From: a virus
DNA: 64,000 nt
Direction: 5' to 3' (one strand)
IMG/VR virus record: IMGVR_UViG_3300042543_000303
Span: 1 to 64,000 of that record
Shown here piece by piece: positions 18,557 through 27,291 of the stretch (the first letter of the stretch is position 1; every line of letters starts with the position of its first letter). The notes under the pieces were generated by a model. The model did no database searches. It was not told where the DNA came from and worked only from the letters and a program-made list of their open reading frames with translations. A program made the translations under genes and the position numbers.

Positions 18557-19734
18557 ATCTTGAGTCCTTTGTCTTCTCGTACTGCACGGTGAACGATTTG
18601 ATCGCAGTGCGCGATAAATGAATCGTAGCTTGGTATGTACTGCCGTAGCGCGTTCTGCTGCGTGATCGCGAGCTGCGCGAGCTCGGCGTCTGATAGACGC
18701 TCAATCTCGGCAATACTCAGCCGGTGGCAGTCACCAAGCGGCGCGCCTTCGTTCTTGTCCGCGAAGAGAACTGAACCTACACGCGCGGAGTACATGAATC
18801 GACTACGCCACCAGCCAGACCCGGCGTGCGGGTACGGCGGAGACAGAATACCCCAGTGCTCGTTGTAGAACGCGAGGACGTCCTGTTCAGTCTGAAGGCG
18901 CTGACCGCCGAGCTTGCGAACCAACTTGCGCGACCCGACAATTTCGACAGGCCACTCAAAGCGTTTCTTCTCAAGCCACGTGTCGTGCGGCATTAGCGCC
19001 CCAAGCACCCACGCGCGTTTCTTGCTCTCTGGCGGCAGCGCTGTGACGCTGTCAAGAATAGAATAGATCGTCGAGCTCGGGTCAAGCGCCTCGATCGCTG
19101 AAAGCTCTTTCGGCATGCGCTTGCGTACCAGTGAACGATCGCCCCACGCGTACATTGGGCACACAGGCACCATGCCTGCCCCCCAGCGCGCCCCGAGCAA
19201 GTTTCGCGCAGATTCGACAAGCATTGCGTCGTAGTCGCGAACAGACTCGTCAGTCTCCGTCATATAGTAGCGCTCGATGTAGATCTTGGCGTTAGGGTTA
19301 ATGGCTAGCGCGCGTTCCTTGGCAGCTACAGCGTCCGCGTGACTAAAGTACGTGGCGCCCTCCTCGCCGCGATCCTTGCCGACAAGAAGATATTTGTAGA
19401 TCATCTCGGGCTTGCGTATCAACGCCTTTGCACCATTGAACACGGTGGAGAACTGCCAGTCATCAAAGAAACCCACGCAGGGTTTCCCGCTAGCAAGAGC
19501 GTAAAGCGCGCCCATAGCGCCTTGTCTTCCGTTAAGTGAGTTTAGGGGCGCGAGGTTCATCCAGATGACATCGAAAGACGATAGGTCTTCGCCGGGTGTC
19601 ACCTTGCGCCACTCGACCTCATGCCCGGCGCTACGCAGCGCGTCAACGATTGACGCAGGTACGTCAATCTTTGAGATTGTACGCTTGTCGGTGTTGATCT
19701 GCAGGGCAGTAAACCCTGACATCAAGATTTTCAT
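18553..19734 (-). CDS. GT-B-like glycosyltransferase, putative DNA glycosyltransferase 1
   Basis: MKILMSG..DALRSAGHEV Rossmann-type start typical of GT-B. FFDDWQ. C-terminal GIL.PPY..GWWRSRF....GSVL resembles the T4 beta-glucosyltransferase/CgeB-type donor-binding helix. Confidence 0.65.
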   Translation of the reverse strand: MKILMSGFTALQINTDKRTISKIDVPASIVDALRSAGHEVEWRKVTPGEDLSSFDVIWMNLAPLNSLNGRQGAMGALYALASGKPCVGFFDDWQFSTVFNGAKALIRKPEMIYKYLLVGKDRGEEGATYFSHADAVAAKERALAINPNAKIYIERYYMTETDESVRDYDAMLVESARNLLGARWGAGMVPVCPMYAWGDRSLVRKRMPKELSAIEALDPSSTIYSILDSVTALPPESKKRAWVLGALMPHDTWLEKKRFEWPVEIVGSRKLVRKLGGQRLQTEQDVLAFYNEHWGILSPPYPHAGSGWWRSRFMYSARVGSVLFADKNEGAPLGDCHRLSIAEIERLSDAELAQLAITQQNALRQYIPSYDSFIAHCDQIVHRAVREDKGLKI

Positions 19735-19756
19735 TCCGTCTCCTCAGTAGCCCCTG

Positions 19757-19797
19757 CGACGTGCCCGCCCGGTGTAGTGGGCCGGGCGGACACGCCG
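19757..19797 (-). terminator. 16-bp hairpin downstream of the SSB gene
   Basis: CGGCGTGTCCGCCCGG-cccactaca-CCGGGCGGGCACGTCG, with no U tract. Confidence 0.6.
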
Positions 19798-19812
19798 TAC
19801 GCTTCGATCGTA

Positions 19813-20385
19813 CTAGAACGGAGAAGCGGGAGGTGCGCTAGCGCTGACAGCTTCTGGTGCAGGTGCAGGTGCAGGTGCAGGTGCAGGTGCAGGTGCAGGT
19901 GCAGGTGCAGGTGCAGGTGCAGGTGCAGGTGCAGGCGCCGCGGCCGGAGCGGAAGCTGCGAGGGGTGCTCCAGCCGCCGCCTGAGTGGCGTAGTAGGTCT
20001 TGATCTCGTTGCGCTTCTGACCCTGCCACGTGCGACTGCCAACCTGCGCACGGAACGAGCGCCCAACAAGCGCCTGCTCGATCTGAGCATTCGACGGGTT
20101 GGTTGCGAAGTAGTCGCGACCGAGACCAAGAGCGTTCATCTTACGGAAGAAGATGCCAAGCGCATTTGCGTTGTCAGGTGAGACAACCAGGTTGTCCCAG
20201 ACAAGACGCTTATTGTGCGCGCCACCCTGAACCTGAGTCTTCAGCGCGAACATTGTCTTGCCTGACTGCGACACTTTTGCGGTTGCCTCGACCACGGTGA
20301 GTTCATAGTCGCCGTCCGGCAGCGGCTCATAGCTGCCGACGTCTCCGGCCTCGTTGACGAGGTCTGACCAGTTGAGACTGCTCAA
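19813..20385 (-). CDS. DUF669-type single-stranded DNA-binding protein
   Basis: YEPLPDGDY..V..A..S.SGK.M..WDNLV..NE.K pattern, Pro/Ala linker, C-terminal PF. Follows a Sak4-like ATPase. Confidence 0.85.
   Translation of the reverse strand: MSSLNWSDLVNEAGDVGSYEPLPDGDYELTVVEATAKVSQSGKTMFALKTQVQGGAHNKRLVWDNLVVSPDNANALGIFFRKMNALGLGRDYFATNPSNAQIEQALVGRSFRAQVGSRTWQGQKRNEIKTYYATQAAAGAPLAASAPAAAPAPAPAPAPAPAPAPAPAPAPAPAPAPEAVSASAPPASPF
19856..19933. repeat. Perfect hexanucleotide microsatellite (GGTGCA)x13 encoding Ala-Pro repeats
   Basis: Counted directly from the sequence. Confidence 0.97.
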
Positions 20386-20414
20386 TGTATTCTCCTTACT
20401 CTGCCTGACGACTG

Positions 20415-21191
20415 TCAGGACGCCTTCTTCTTGGACTCAGCCGGGGCTGCTTCTTGCTTTGGCCCGAAGACCATGTCGAGCATACGCTCGATTGATAGGT
20501 TTTCCTGCTCGACGACTCCGCCGAGCCTACCCTGTACGCGTTCGCCAGCTTCGTACTTCGGCGTACGCTCGACGTACATGCGACGCACTCGATACGGCCC
20601 TTGCGTTGGGTCAGGATTTGGAAATTCCTCGATAGTAATTGCGCCGAGGATATCGTAGAAATACGGAGCCTGAATAGCCAGCTGCCCCTGTAGATACGGC
20701 TTGTACCGATCATCCTGCCCCGACCGTGCCATGGCGGTAAGAACCACGGCCTCGAGCGGAGCGGTAGGGTGCATCGTTAGGTCACGCAGATCACGCAAGA
20801 GCGCGCCCATGTGACGAAGTAACTCACCCCACTGCTGCTGACTCATCTGCTGCTTCCCCGCGATATTCTCCAGGCACTTAACCTGGAGCTCAGACACGGA
20901 GTCAATGATGAGCGACTTAAACTGATGCTTACCGAGCTGAAGCCACTGGAACGTTTTCAGCACGGTGTCGTAGTCACGGATTTGCACGACGCAGGTATCC
21001 CACGTCCCATCCGCGACAGGCGGCTCCTCACGGAGCGGGTCCCAGTACTTGACAACGATGGGAAGGAAGCGGTGACCGCCTTCGACATCGAGCATGAGCC
21101 GGGGGTAGGGTGCGGTCACGGCGAAGGTTGACTTACCAACCTTTGACTCACCGTAGACCATAATGGTTAGAGAGCGCTGTACTTCCGACAT
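20415..21191 (-). CDS. AAA_24 / Sak4-like recombination ATPase
   Basis: VYGESKVGKST Walker A, LDVEGG, LIIDSVSE Walker B. Lies between an exonuclease and the SSB. Confidence 0.88.
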   Translation of the reverse strand: MSEVQRSLTIMVYGESKVGKSTFAVTAPYPRLMLDVEGGHRFLPIVVKYWDPLREEPPVADGTWDTCVVQIRDYDTVLKTFQWLQLGKHQFKSLIIDSVSELQVKCLENIAGKQQMSQQQWGELLRHMGALLRDLRDLTMHPTAPLEAVVLTAMARSGQDDRYKPYLQGQLAIQAPYFYDILGAITIEEFPNPDPTQGPYRVRRMYVERTPKYEAGERVQGRLGGVVEQENLSIERMLDMVFGPKQEAAPAESKKKAS

Positions 21192-21194
21192 GCG

Positions 21195-22121
21195 TCACTC
21201 AGTTCCTTTCTTTTCGGATTCGTAGTAGCCATACGGGTCGGCCACTTCGAACATCTCAGAGATTGCCTGCTCCGCCGCGCTGCCGTCATCAATCATGTGG
21301 CACACGGTGTAGAACTGGCACTTCCAGCTGCAGTCGCGGCTGGGGCGCGGATACGCAACAAACGCCGGGTCCTCGCCTTCGTCGAGCGCCTTGCGTGTTC
21401 GCATTAGATCGGCGATGGTTCCGTGGATGCGCTTCCAGAACGAGCGCAGTGTGAACACGTTATGACGAACCTCTACCTGCTCGTAAAAAGGCGGCTTCGC
21501 GTTCGCTGAACGCTTGACCTTTTTGAGAAGAGTGAAGATACCGCCGTCGCAGCGCTCGTCGCCTTCGTTTGTTGTCGCCTCGAGAAGCATGTACGTAAGA
21601 ATCTGCTCGTTCATATGCGACATCTTGTTAAAGTCAGTAAACGAACCGCCGACCGTCTTGAAGTCGCGAAAGAAGCGCACGCCGTCAGCCTTGCGCCGAA
21701 CGCGCATATCAAGTTTGCCCTGCAGCTCGACTTCGCCGTTGAACAGCGGGGCGATGATGATTTCCTCCGTCGAGATCATCTCGAGCTCGAGGTCGATGCC
21801 TTCCTCGTCAACCCACTGCAGATAGCCCTCGAGCATGATGCGCCCAAGCTCTGCCTCATTGTCTAGGTCTGACGTGTCGCGCCATTGCTCTGCAAGAATC
21901 TCGCGGTCCTGCTCGACAAGTTGCGTGTGCGCTTCGAGAAGAGGAATGCCCTTTGAGTAGTAGCGATCAAGCGCCTCATGAATACGCGACCCGAGCGCGA
22001 GCGCTCCAGTAAAGTCTTTAGACTTAGGCTGCAGACGACGGTAATACGTGAGCCACCATTTGCGCCGGCAGTCCTTGAACGTCTGTATTTCGGAGTTTGA
22101 TAGTCTTACGACACCAGTCAC
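21195..22121 (-). CDS. PD-(D/E)XK Cas4/RecB-like exonuclease
   Basis: LSNSEI..F..C.R.W, GS.IH, E..GKLD..DFKT and a C-terminal C..C.F...C cluster. Confidence 0.9.
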   Translation of the reverse strand: MTGVVRLSNSEIQTFKDCRRKWWLTYYRRLQPKSKDFTGALALGSRIHEALDRYYSKGIPLLEAHTQLVEQDREILAEQWRDTSDLDNEAELGRIMLEGYLQWVDEEGIDLELEMISTEEIIIAPLFNGEVELQGKLDMRVRRKADGVRFFRDFKTVGGSFTDFNKMSHMNEQILTYMLLEATTNEGDERCDGGIFTLLKKVKRSANAKPPFYEQVEVRHNVFTLRSFWKRIHGTIADLMRTRKALDEGEDPAFVAYPRPSRDCSWKCQFYTVCHMIDDGSAAEQAISEMFEVADPYGYYESEKKGTE

Positions 22122-23923
22122 AGTTTGTTGTCCTTATCGTCACGAAGCATGGAGAGCAGCTGCGCCTTGTCGCGGACAATCTGCTCAAAGTTATCTGCCT
22201 TGGTTTCAAGCGCCTGAATAACACGTTCTTCGATTGTGCCTTCAGTGACGTAATCGGTAATGATCACCGAGTCGTGAATCTCTGAGCCAATGCGGTGCAC
22301 GCGGTCGAGTGCCTGCTTATGATCGACAAGCGACCATGGTCGCTGCAGCATGACAAGTCGTCGCGCCGCAGTTAGCGTTACGCCGACGCCGCCTGCCTGC
22401 GCAGTGAAAAGAATCCACTTGATTCTGCCGGACTGAAAATCGTCGATAGCCTCTTGACGTTCGTCTTCGGTCTGCGCGCCGGTGATCAGCCCATGGGGAA
22501 TCTTAGCTTTTGTCATCGCGTTGCTCAGCAACTCAATCAACTGGCGGGACACGGCGCATACGGCGACGCTGTCACTGCCAAAGTCGCCGGATGATATGTC
22601 GTTCATGAGCGCATCGACCTTACACGACGGCTCGGCAAGAATAACGCGCGATTCACCGCTCGTCTCGTCGATGACCATCTCGGCATAGGACGACGCAAAC
22701 TGCAGCAGACGTGTTGTTTGCGTGAGCGGGCTCGGCGCGGTAAGTGCGTCCCCGCCTTCCAGCTCCGCGATCATCATGTCGCGCATCTGGCCGTACGCCT
22801 TCTTCTGCTTGGTTGACATTTCAACGTCGCGACGCTCAAAGAGTACCTCTGGCAGCCACGGCAACACGCGCGCCTTAAGCATACGGCGCATGCGCGGGTT
22901 GATCGCCGCGTAGAACTCTTCCTGCATATGCGGCTTGACACCGAGCACCATCATGCCGCCGAATGCGTTGAGCATCGTGTCTACAGTGCGATCGACCCAG
23001 CGTGTCTTGCTCGGCCATTCTTCTGGCGATAGCCAGTGCAGAATGGACCAGAGATCGAGCACGTCATTGGCGATTGGCGTTCCCGTGAGAGCGAATCGGA
23101 ATGGCGCGTCCGCGGTGGCAGCCCAGAGCGCGCGTGTTTGCTTGCTCTTAGGCTCCTTCGAGCGGTGGATCTCGTCGGCGATGACGCTCTTGAAGTCGAT
23201 TTCGTTGAGCTCGCGCCGGTGCACCTCGCAACGGTTTTCGCTGATACGCTCATCGTGGCCGCCGCAGTCCTTGCACCGAGCCAGAGCCACAGAACCGTAG
23301 GGTGCGAGGCGCGAGTGTGATCGTAGCGACTCCCAGTTGATGACGTACACGTCCGCGTCGCTGGCTAGTTGCTTGCGGCGTTGTCCGGCGCTGCCTTTGA
23401 TGACCTCGACATTGACGCCTGGCCACCAGAGCGCGAACTCGCGCTTCCAATTCTTTTTGAGCGTGTTTGGGCACACGATGAGCGCCGGAAACACACCCTC
23501 GCCGGCGTCCTGCAGGCGCTTGAGTGCTCGAATTGCCTGGGCGGTCTTTCCGAGGCCAGGCTCATCAGCAAGAAGGGCTCGACGGGCCGTGGCAAGAAAC
23601 TCGACGCCCGCTCTCTGGTGGGGAAATAGGTCCTCGTTGACGCCATTCTCGAGGGTCTCAAGGTCACGAAGGGCGTTGGCCGGGTCGATACGCGCGACTC
23701 GCTCATTGGCCGCCCATTCGCCCAGTCTTGGCCCAATCTCAAGGTCGTCTCGAAACGTCGAGCGTAGCGCCAGGCAGGTTGCCCACCCGAGGGGCGCTCG
23801 CCATACCTGATCCTTCGCTGACCAGGTGGCTCCAGGGATGCTTTTGCAAAGCTCCTTGTACCGCCACTCGGCGTCGATCAGAATCGACTTGCCTTCGGCG
23901 TCGAGCTCTGTCGTTACGGTCAC
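22118..23923 (-). CDS. SNF2-family helicase (start revised to GTG at 23923)
   Basis: LFPHQ, LADEPGLGKT, DEIH, LTGTP, GVGVTLT and QALDRVHRIG motifs. AAGGAGAG RBS before 23923. Confidence 0.93.
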   Translation of the reverse strand: MTVTTELDAEGKSILIDAEWRYKELCKSIPGATWSAKDQVWRAPLGWATCLALRSTFRDDLEIGPRLGEWAANERVARIDPANALRDLETLENGVNEDLFPHQRAGVEFLATARRALLADEPGLGKTAQAIRALKRLQDAGEGVFPALIVCPNTLKKNWKREFALWWPGVNVEVIKGSAGQRRKQLASDADVYVINWESLRSHSRLAPYGSVALARCKDCGGHDERISENRCEVHRRELNEIDFKSVIADEIHRSKEPKSKQTRALWAATADAPFRFALTGTPIANDVLDLWSILHWLSPEEWPSKTRWVDRTVDTMLNAFGGMMVLGVKPHMQEEFYAAINPRMRRMLKARVLPWLPEVLFERRDVEMSTKQKKAYGQMRDMMIAELEGGDALTAPSPLTQTTRLLQFASSYAEMVIDETSGESRVILAEPSCKVDALMNDISSGDFGSDSVAVCAVSRQLIELLSNAMTKAKIPHGLITGAQTEDERQEAIDDFQSGRIKWILFTAQAGGVGVTLTAARRLVMLQRPWSLVDHKQALDRVHRIGSEIHDSVIITDYVTEGTIEERVIQALETKADNFEQIVRDKAQLLSMLRDDKDNKL

Positions 23924-24006
23924 TAAGTCTCTCCTTCCGGGTGCAAACAACATACTAACAGGAAATCTGCAAAAAGTAATAGTTTTCTCGTAGTATGTAC
24001 AAGATT

Positions 24007-24474
24007 TTATTGAAGTAGCACGGTTGGCTTCCAACCAAGCTTTACTAGCCGTAGAAGCCCATGACGAATCGCGTCATTCGCGTGCCCACCACCGCCGACG
24101 TGCCAAGTGCCGATTTTACGCAGCGCGTCGTTCGGGAACATCTTTTTTGCGTCCGACGGAGACTGAAAAATCAACTCAGCTTCGGCATCGCGGGCGTAGT
24201 CTCGCATGATCTGCTTAAGCACGCCGATCTGTTCGAGGCTGTATGGCGCCTGACTGTTGCGCACTGTCTGCGCGTTGATCACAAAGCGTTCGCATACAAC
24301 GCCAAGCTCAAGACCATGATGCAGCGCCCACTCTAGCGTGTCGCGAATCGGCTTTGCAAACTCATCAGGTTGGTACTCACCGGATGACAGTAATTCAGGA
24401 GACTCTGACAGGCTAATCACACTGACGCCAGTAGTCTTTCCAGGGTCTACTGCAAGAACATACTTCACGTCCAT
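24007..24474 (-). CDS. RuvC-like Holliday junction resolvase
   Basis: LAVDPGKTTG, VCERF and HANDA motifs. Confidence 0.8.
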   Translation of the reverse strand: MDVKYVLAVDPGKTTGVSVISLSESPELLSSGEYQPDEFAKPIRDTLEWALHHGLELGVVCERFVINAQTVRNSQAPYSLEQIGVLKQIMRDYARDAEAELIFQSPSDAKKMFPNDALRKIGTWHVGGGGHANDAIRHGLLRLVKLGWKPTVLLQ

Positions 24475-24788
24475 ACGATATTCGCCACTCCTACTCTGGC
24501 CAGCCGGCGCTCACAGCGCTTGCACGGTTTTGACATGGCAGGACTACCATCACGCCCAACGCGTGCCACGTAGACTGTTGCACCCTTCGCACGAGGTCCC
24601 GCCGCGGCAATTGCCGCTTCCTCGGCATGTACGTGCGCGATGCGCCACGTGTTTGAGTCTGCTTCACGGATTCTTTTATTCGTTGCCTCTGCGACTACTA
24701 CGCCGTTCGCAACAACAACGCAGCCGTGCCGGTATCTGCACTTACTCGTCGCGGCAATGTTGATCGCCTGCTCAAGAAACCGGTTCAC
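24465..24788 (-). CDS. Small zinc-dependent cytidine/dCMP deaminase-fold protein
   Basis: HAEE and SKPCKRC motifs. Confidence 0.85.
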   Translation of the reverse strand: MNRFLEQAINIAATSKCRYRHGCVVVANGVVVAEATNKRIREADSNTWRIAHVHAEEAAIAAAGPRAKGATVYVARVGRDGSPAMSKPCKRCERRLARVGVANIVWT

Positions 24789-26623
24789 CGGTACTTATCT
24801 CCCCATGTCTCAAGCGGACCGTCAATGCCGGCGGTAAGCGGGACGTCCCAGCCGTCTGAAGTTGTCATACACTCTTGCACAACCTTCATGATCTCGTGCG
24901 CCTCACGGCGCGGCGCCTGCAGCACAATCTCGTCGTGCACCGGCACAATGAGATGCTCGGTGAGATCTGCCTGATCGAGCTTGACGAGGTTCTGCTTAAA
25001 CACCTCGGCGGCGCCACCCTGAATTAGATAGTTGACAAGTGTGTACACGCGATTCTCATCGCAGGGGATTCGGCGGCCTGTCCACGTGTAGACGTAGCCC
25101 TGCCCTTCCGAGCGTAATCTCCGCATTCCAGTGTCTTCAATCTTGCGCTGGAAGTCGGCCATGCCCGGGTAGCGAATGTCAAATGCGTCTGATACTGAAC
25201 GCATCTGCGTCTCAGGCACGCCGGCAGTTAGCGCTTGCTTCGCGACGCCCGCTCCGTATAGGCGACCATAGACGGTGCCCTTGATCAGATTACGGCGCTT
25301 GTCGCTCTTTTGCATGTCTGGGTCTTGGTAGATTTCGCGACCAATCTCCGTGAACGGGTCCGAACCCGTCGCGTCCGCGCGGTTAAACAGCGTGATCAGA
25401 TTGGGGTCGCCAGACAGCGACGCAAACATGCGAAACTCAACCTGGTCGAGGTCGGACGTGATAATCACGTGATCCTCGTCCTTTGGAATGAAGGCGGTAC
25501 GCACCGTGTCATCGCCCTTCGGCAGCGTCTGCAGCGCAGGGTCGGTAATCGACATCCGCGACGTGCGCGCCCCGAGAGTCTTCACCGACGGATGAACGAT
25601 TCCGTCGATAGACTTGGTCAGGAAGTTCTGAAAGTACGTGCCAGCAAGCTTGTCCGCCTTGCGCTGCTTAAGCACAATCTCGGCGAGCTGCTTGACCTCG
25701 TCATTGCCGTAGATCGTCAACATTTTGAGCTGATCCTTGGTGCACGACTTCTGCCCGGTTGGCGTCATCTCTGTGATCTCCGCGCCGAGGCTCTCAAACA
25801 AGCGCACGAGTTGAATGTTACTTGTGATCGACGTCCCGCCGTACGTTTGCTTGGCCCATGTCTTAACCGACTCGGTGTACGCGGTCAACTCGTCATACTT
25901 GCGCTGCGAATAGTCCAAGTCAATTCGTGCGCCGTTAAGTTCCATGCGCGTGACGATGCGCCGTGCCGCCATTTCGAGTTCGTACGGGCGATTGTAAGGA
26001 CCGCCTGGGCCACACTTCTCCCAGAACATGTGCCACAGGCGCATTGTCAACACGGTATCCAGCGCGCCGTACGCCCAGTATGGCTGGAAGTTGATCGGTA
26101 CCGTTCCCCACGTCCAGCCGTTCTTGGCCAGCTCTGTGTCCAGCGTGTCTTGCAGCGCGACGGCGCGCCCGTCAACGTGCAACGCTGCAAGTCGCTTGAG
26201 CGCGCCAGAGCCTAGCGGGTCGATGATATGAGCCATGATCATCGTGTCGTGCGCGCGATGCCATGGAATTTCCCAGCGCGAACGAATGTCAAACCAACGC
26301 GCCTCGAACGCGATGTTGTGGCAGACGATAGGACCGTCGAAGCGGCTCATGGCTTCGTAGAAGACACCAGACCATTCTTCCCAGGGAATCGACCACCCTT
26401 GCTCGCCGTCGCCAACCTGCACAAGTCGCAGACGCCCGTGCCATGGCGATAGCGCATGATCACGTGGGTTGCCTGGGAGCTCGCCGGTCTCAGTGTCTAC
26501 AGCGATCGCGTTCAGTGGGCGTCGTTCACTTAGCCAGCGCAGAAACTCACCTGCTTTGTCGACAGAGTCGACAAGGTGAAGTTGAACGTCGCCCAGATTA
26601 CCAGTATCAGACAAGAACGTCAC
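24785..26623 (-). CDS. polA: Family A DNA polymerase with a 3'-5' exonuclease domain
   Basis: Exonuclease DTET, HN..F and YGALD. Motif A DLDQVEFR, motif B R...KGTVYG..YG, motif C VHDE. Confidence 0.96.
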   Translation of the reverse strand: MTFLSDTGNLGDVQLHLVDSVDKAGEFLRWLSERRPLNAIAVDTETGELPGNPRDHALSPWHGRLRLVQVGDGEQGWSIPWEEWSGVFYEAMSRFDGPIVCHNIAFEARWFDIRSRWEIPWHRAHDTMIMAHIIDPLGSGALKRLAALHVDGRAVALQDTLDTELAKNGWTWGTVPINFQPYWAYGALDTVLTMRLWHMFWEKCGPGGPYNRPYELEMAARRIVTRMELNGARIDLDYSQRKYDELTAYTESVKTWAKQTYGGTSITSNIQLVRLFESLGAEITEMTPTGQKSCTKDQLKMLTIYGNDEVKQLAEIVLKQRKADKLAGTYFQNFLTKSIDGIVHPSVKTLGARTSRMSITDPALQTLPKGDDTVRTAFIPKDEDHVIITSDLDQVEFRMFASLSGDPNLITLFNRADATGSDPFTEIGREIYQDPDMQKSDKRRNLIKGTVYGRLYGAGVAKQALTAGVPETQMRSVSDAFDIRYPGMADFQRKIEDTGMRRLRSEGQGYVYTWTGRRIPCDENRVYTLVNYLIQGGAAEVFKQNLVKLDQADLTEHLIVPVHDEIVLQAPRREAHEIMKVVQECMTTSDGWDVPLTAGIDGPLETWGDKYR

Positions 26624-27101
26624 TTTCGTCTAGTGTCGAATGAAAAACGTCAACCTTCAATCCGCAAGCGCGCAGATACTTGATGACGAGCTCGGGCTTA
26701 CGATGCGCGTCTGCCTCGCGCAGGCGCATAACAACTCGAACAAGCCCCGAGTTGGACACTGCCTTTGCGCACGACATACACATGCTTTCGGTTACGTAAA
26801 TCGTCCCGCCCTCTACCTGAGTGCGATCTACGTAGAGTAGCGCGTTGAGTTCACTGTGAATGCTGGGGCACTGATCGTATGTGTTATCTAGCGGAGTTAT
26901 CCCTTGAGCTCTTGGGCAGAACTCGATGCAGTCACCTTCACTTGGGTAGGTTGCCGCTGGGCCGTTGTAACCGGTCGAGCAGATACGATTATTGGCGGAC
27001 ACAACAACAGCGCCGATACCAGCGCGTGTGCAGCGACTCCGCAGCGCGATCGTGTCAGCCACAGACATCCACGCCTCGTCCCACGTCAGCCTGCCATGCA
27101 T
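26607..27101 (-). CDS. dCMP deaminase (start revised to MHGRLTWDE)
   Basis: WD..M..A...A.RS.C, TGYNG, HSE.NAL and CMSC motifs. Confidence 0.9.
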   Translation of the reverse strand: MHGRLTWDEAWMSVADTIALRSRCTRAGIGAVVVSANNRICSTGYNGPAATYPSEGDCIEFCPRAQGITPLDNTYDQCPSIHSELNALLYVDRTQVEGGTIYVTESMCMSCAKAVSNSGLVRVVMRLREADAHRKPELVIKYLRACGLKVDVFHSTLDESDVLV

Positions 27102-27102
27102 A

Positions 27103-27291
27103 CTAGTCGTCCTCCCGAGCGTCCTCAATCGCCGATCCGGCGCCAAGAACGATGCTACGGGCGATCAGATCAAGCGCCTCGCGACGCGTAAAGCCGGCGC
27201 GCTTAAGTTCCTGGTAGAGTTCGTGCATTTGAATGGCACCGGCAGCGAGCGGGCTCATGTCATTTGTTGGTTCACTATTCTCATTCGCCAT
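27103..27291 (-). CDS. Small hypothetical protein (start revised to MANENS)
   Basis: HELY..L..AGFT..EAL.L helical motif; GAGGAG RBS. Confidence 0.7.
   Translation of the reverse strand: MANENSEPTNDMSPLAAGAIQMHELYQELKRAGFTRREALDLIARSIVLGAGSAIEDAREDD

Noticed and set aside
19731-20181. ORFs with poly-(RC), poly-(TC) and poly-(LH) tracts
   Set aside because: They are alternative-frame readings of the (GGTGCA)13 repeat in the SSB gene.
21195-22121. Cas4-like gene as evidence of a CRISPR system
   Set aside because: No array or other cas genes were seen. It sits in a standard exonuclease-Sak4-SSB recombination module.
25310-26215. Long antisense ORFs (also 51199-52074, 51929-52723 and 56514-57587)
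   Set aside because: They shadow well-supported genes, as expected from GC-rich codon bias, and have no recognisable motifs.
11798-26623. Inteins or introns in the terminase, helicase or polymerase
   Set aside because: Motif spacing and lengths are normal, and no splicing or homing-endonuclease motifs were seen.
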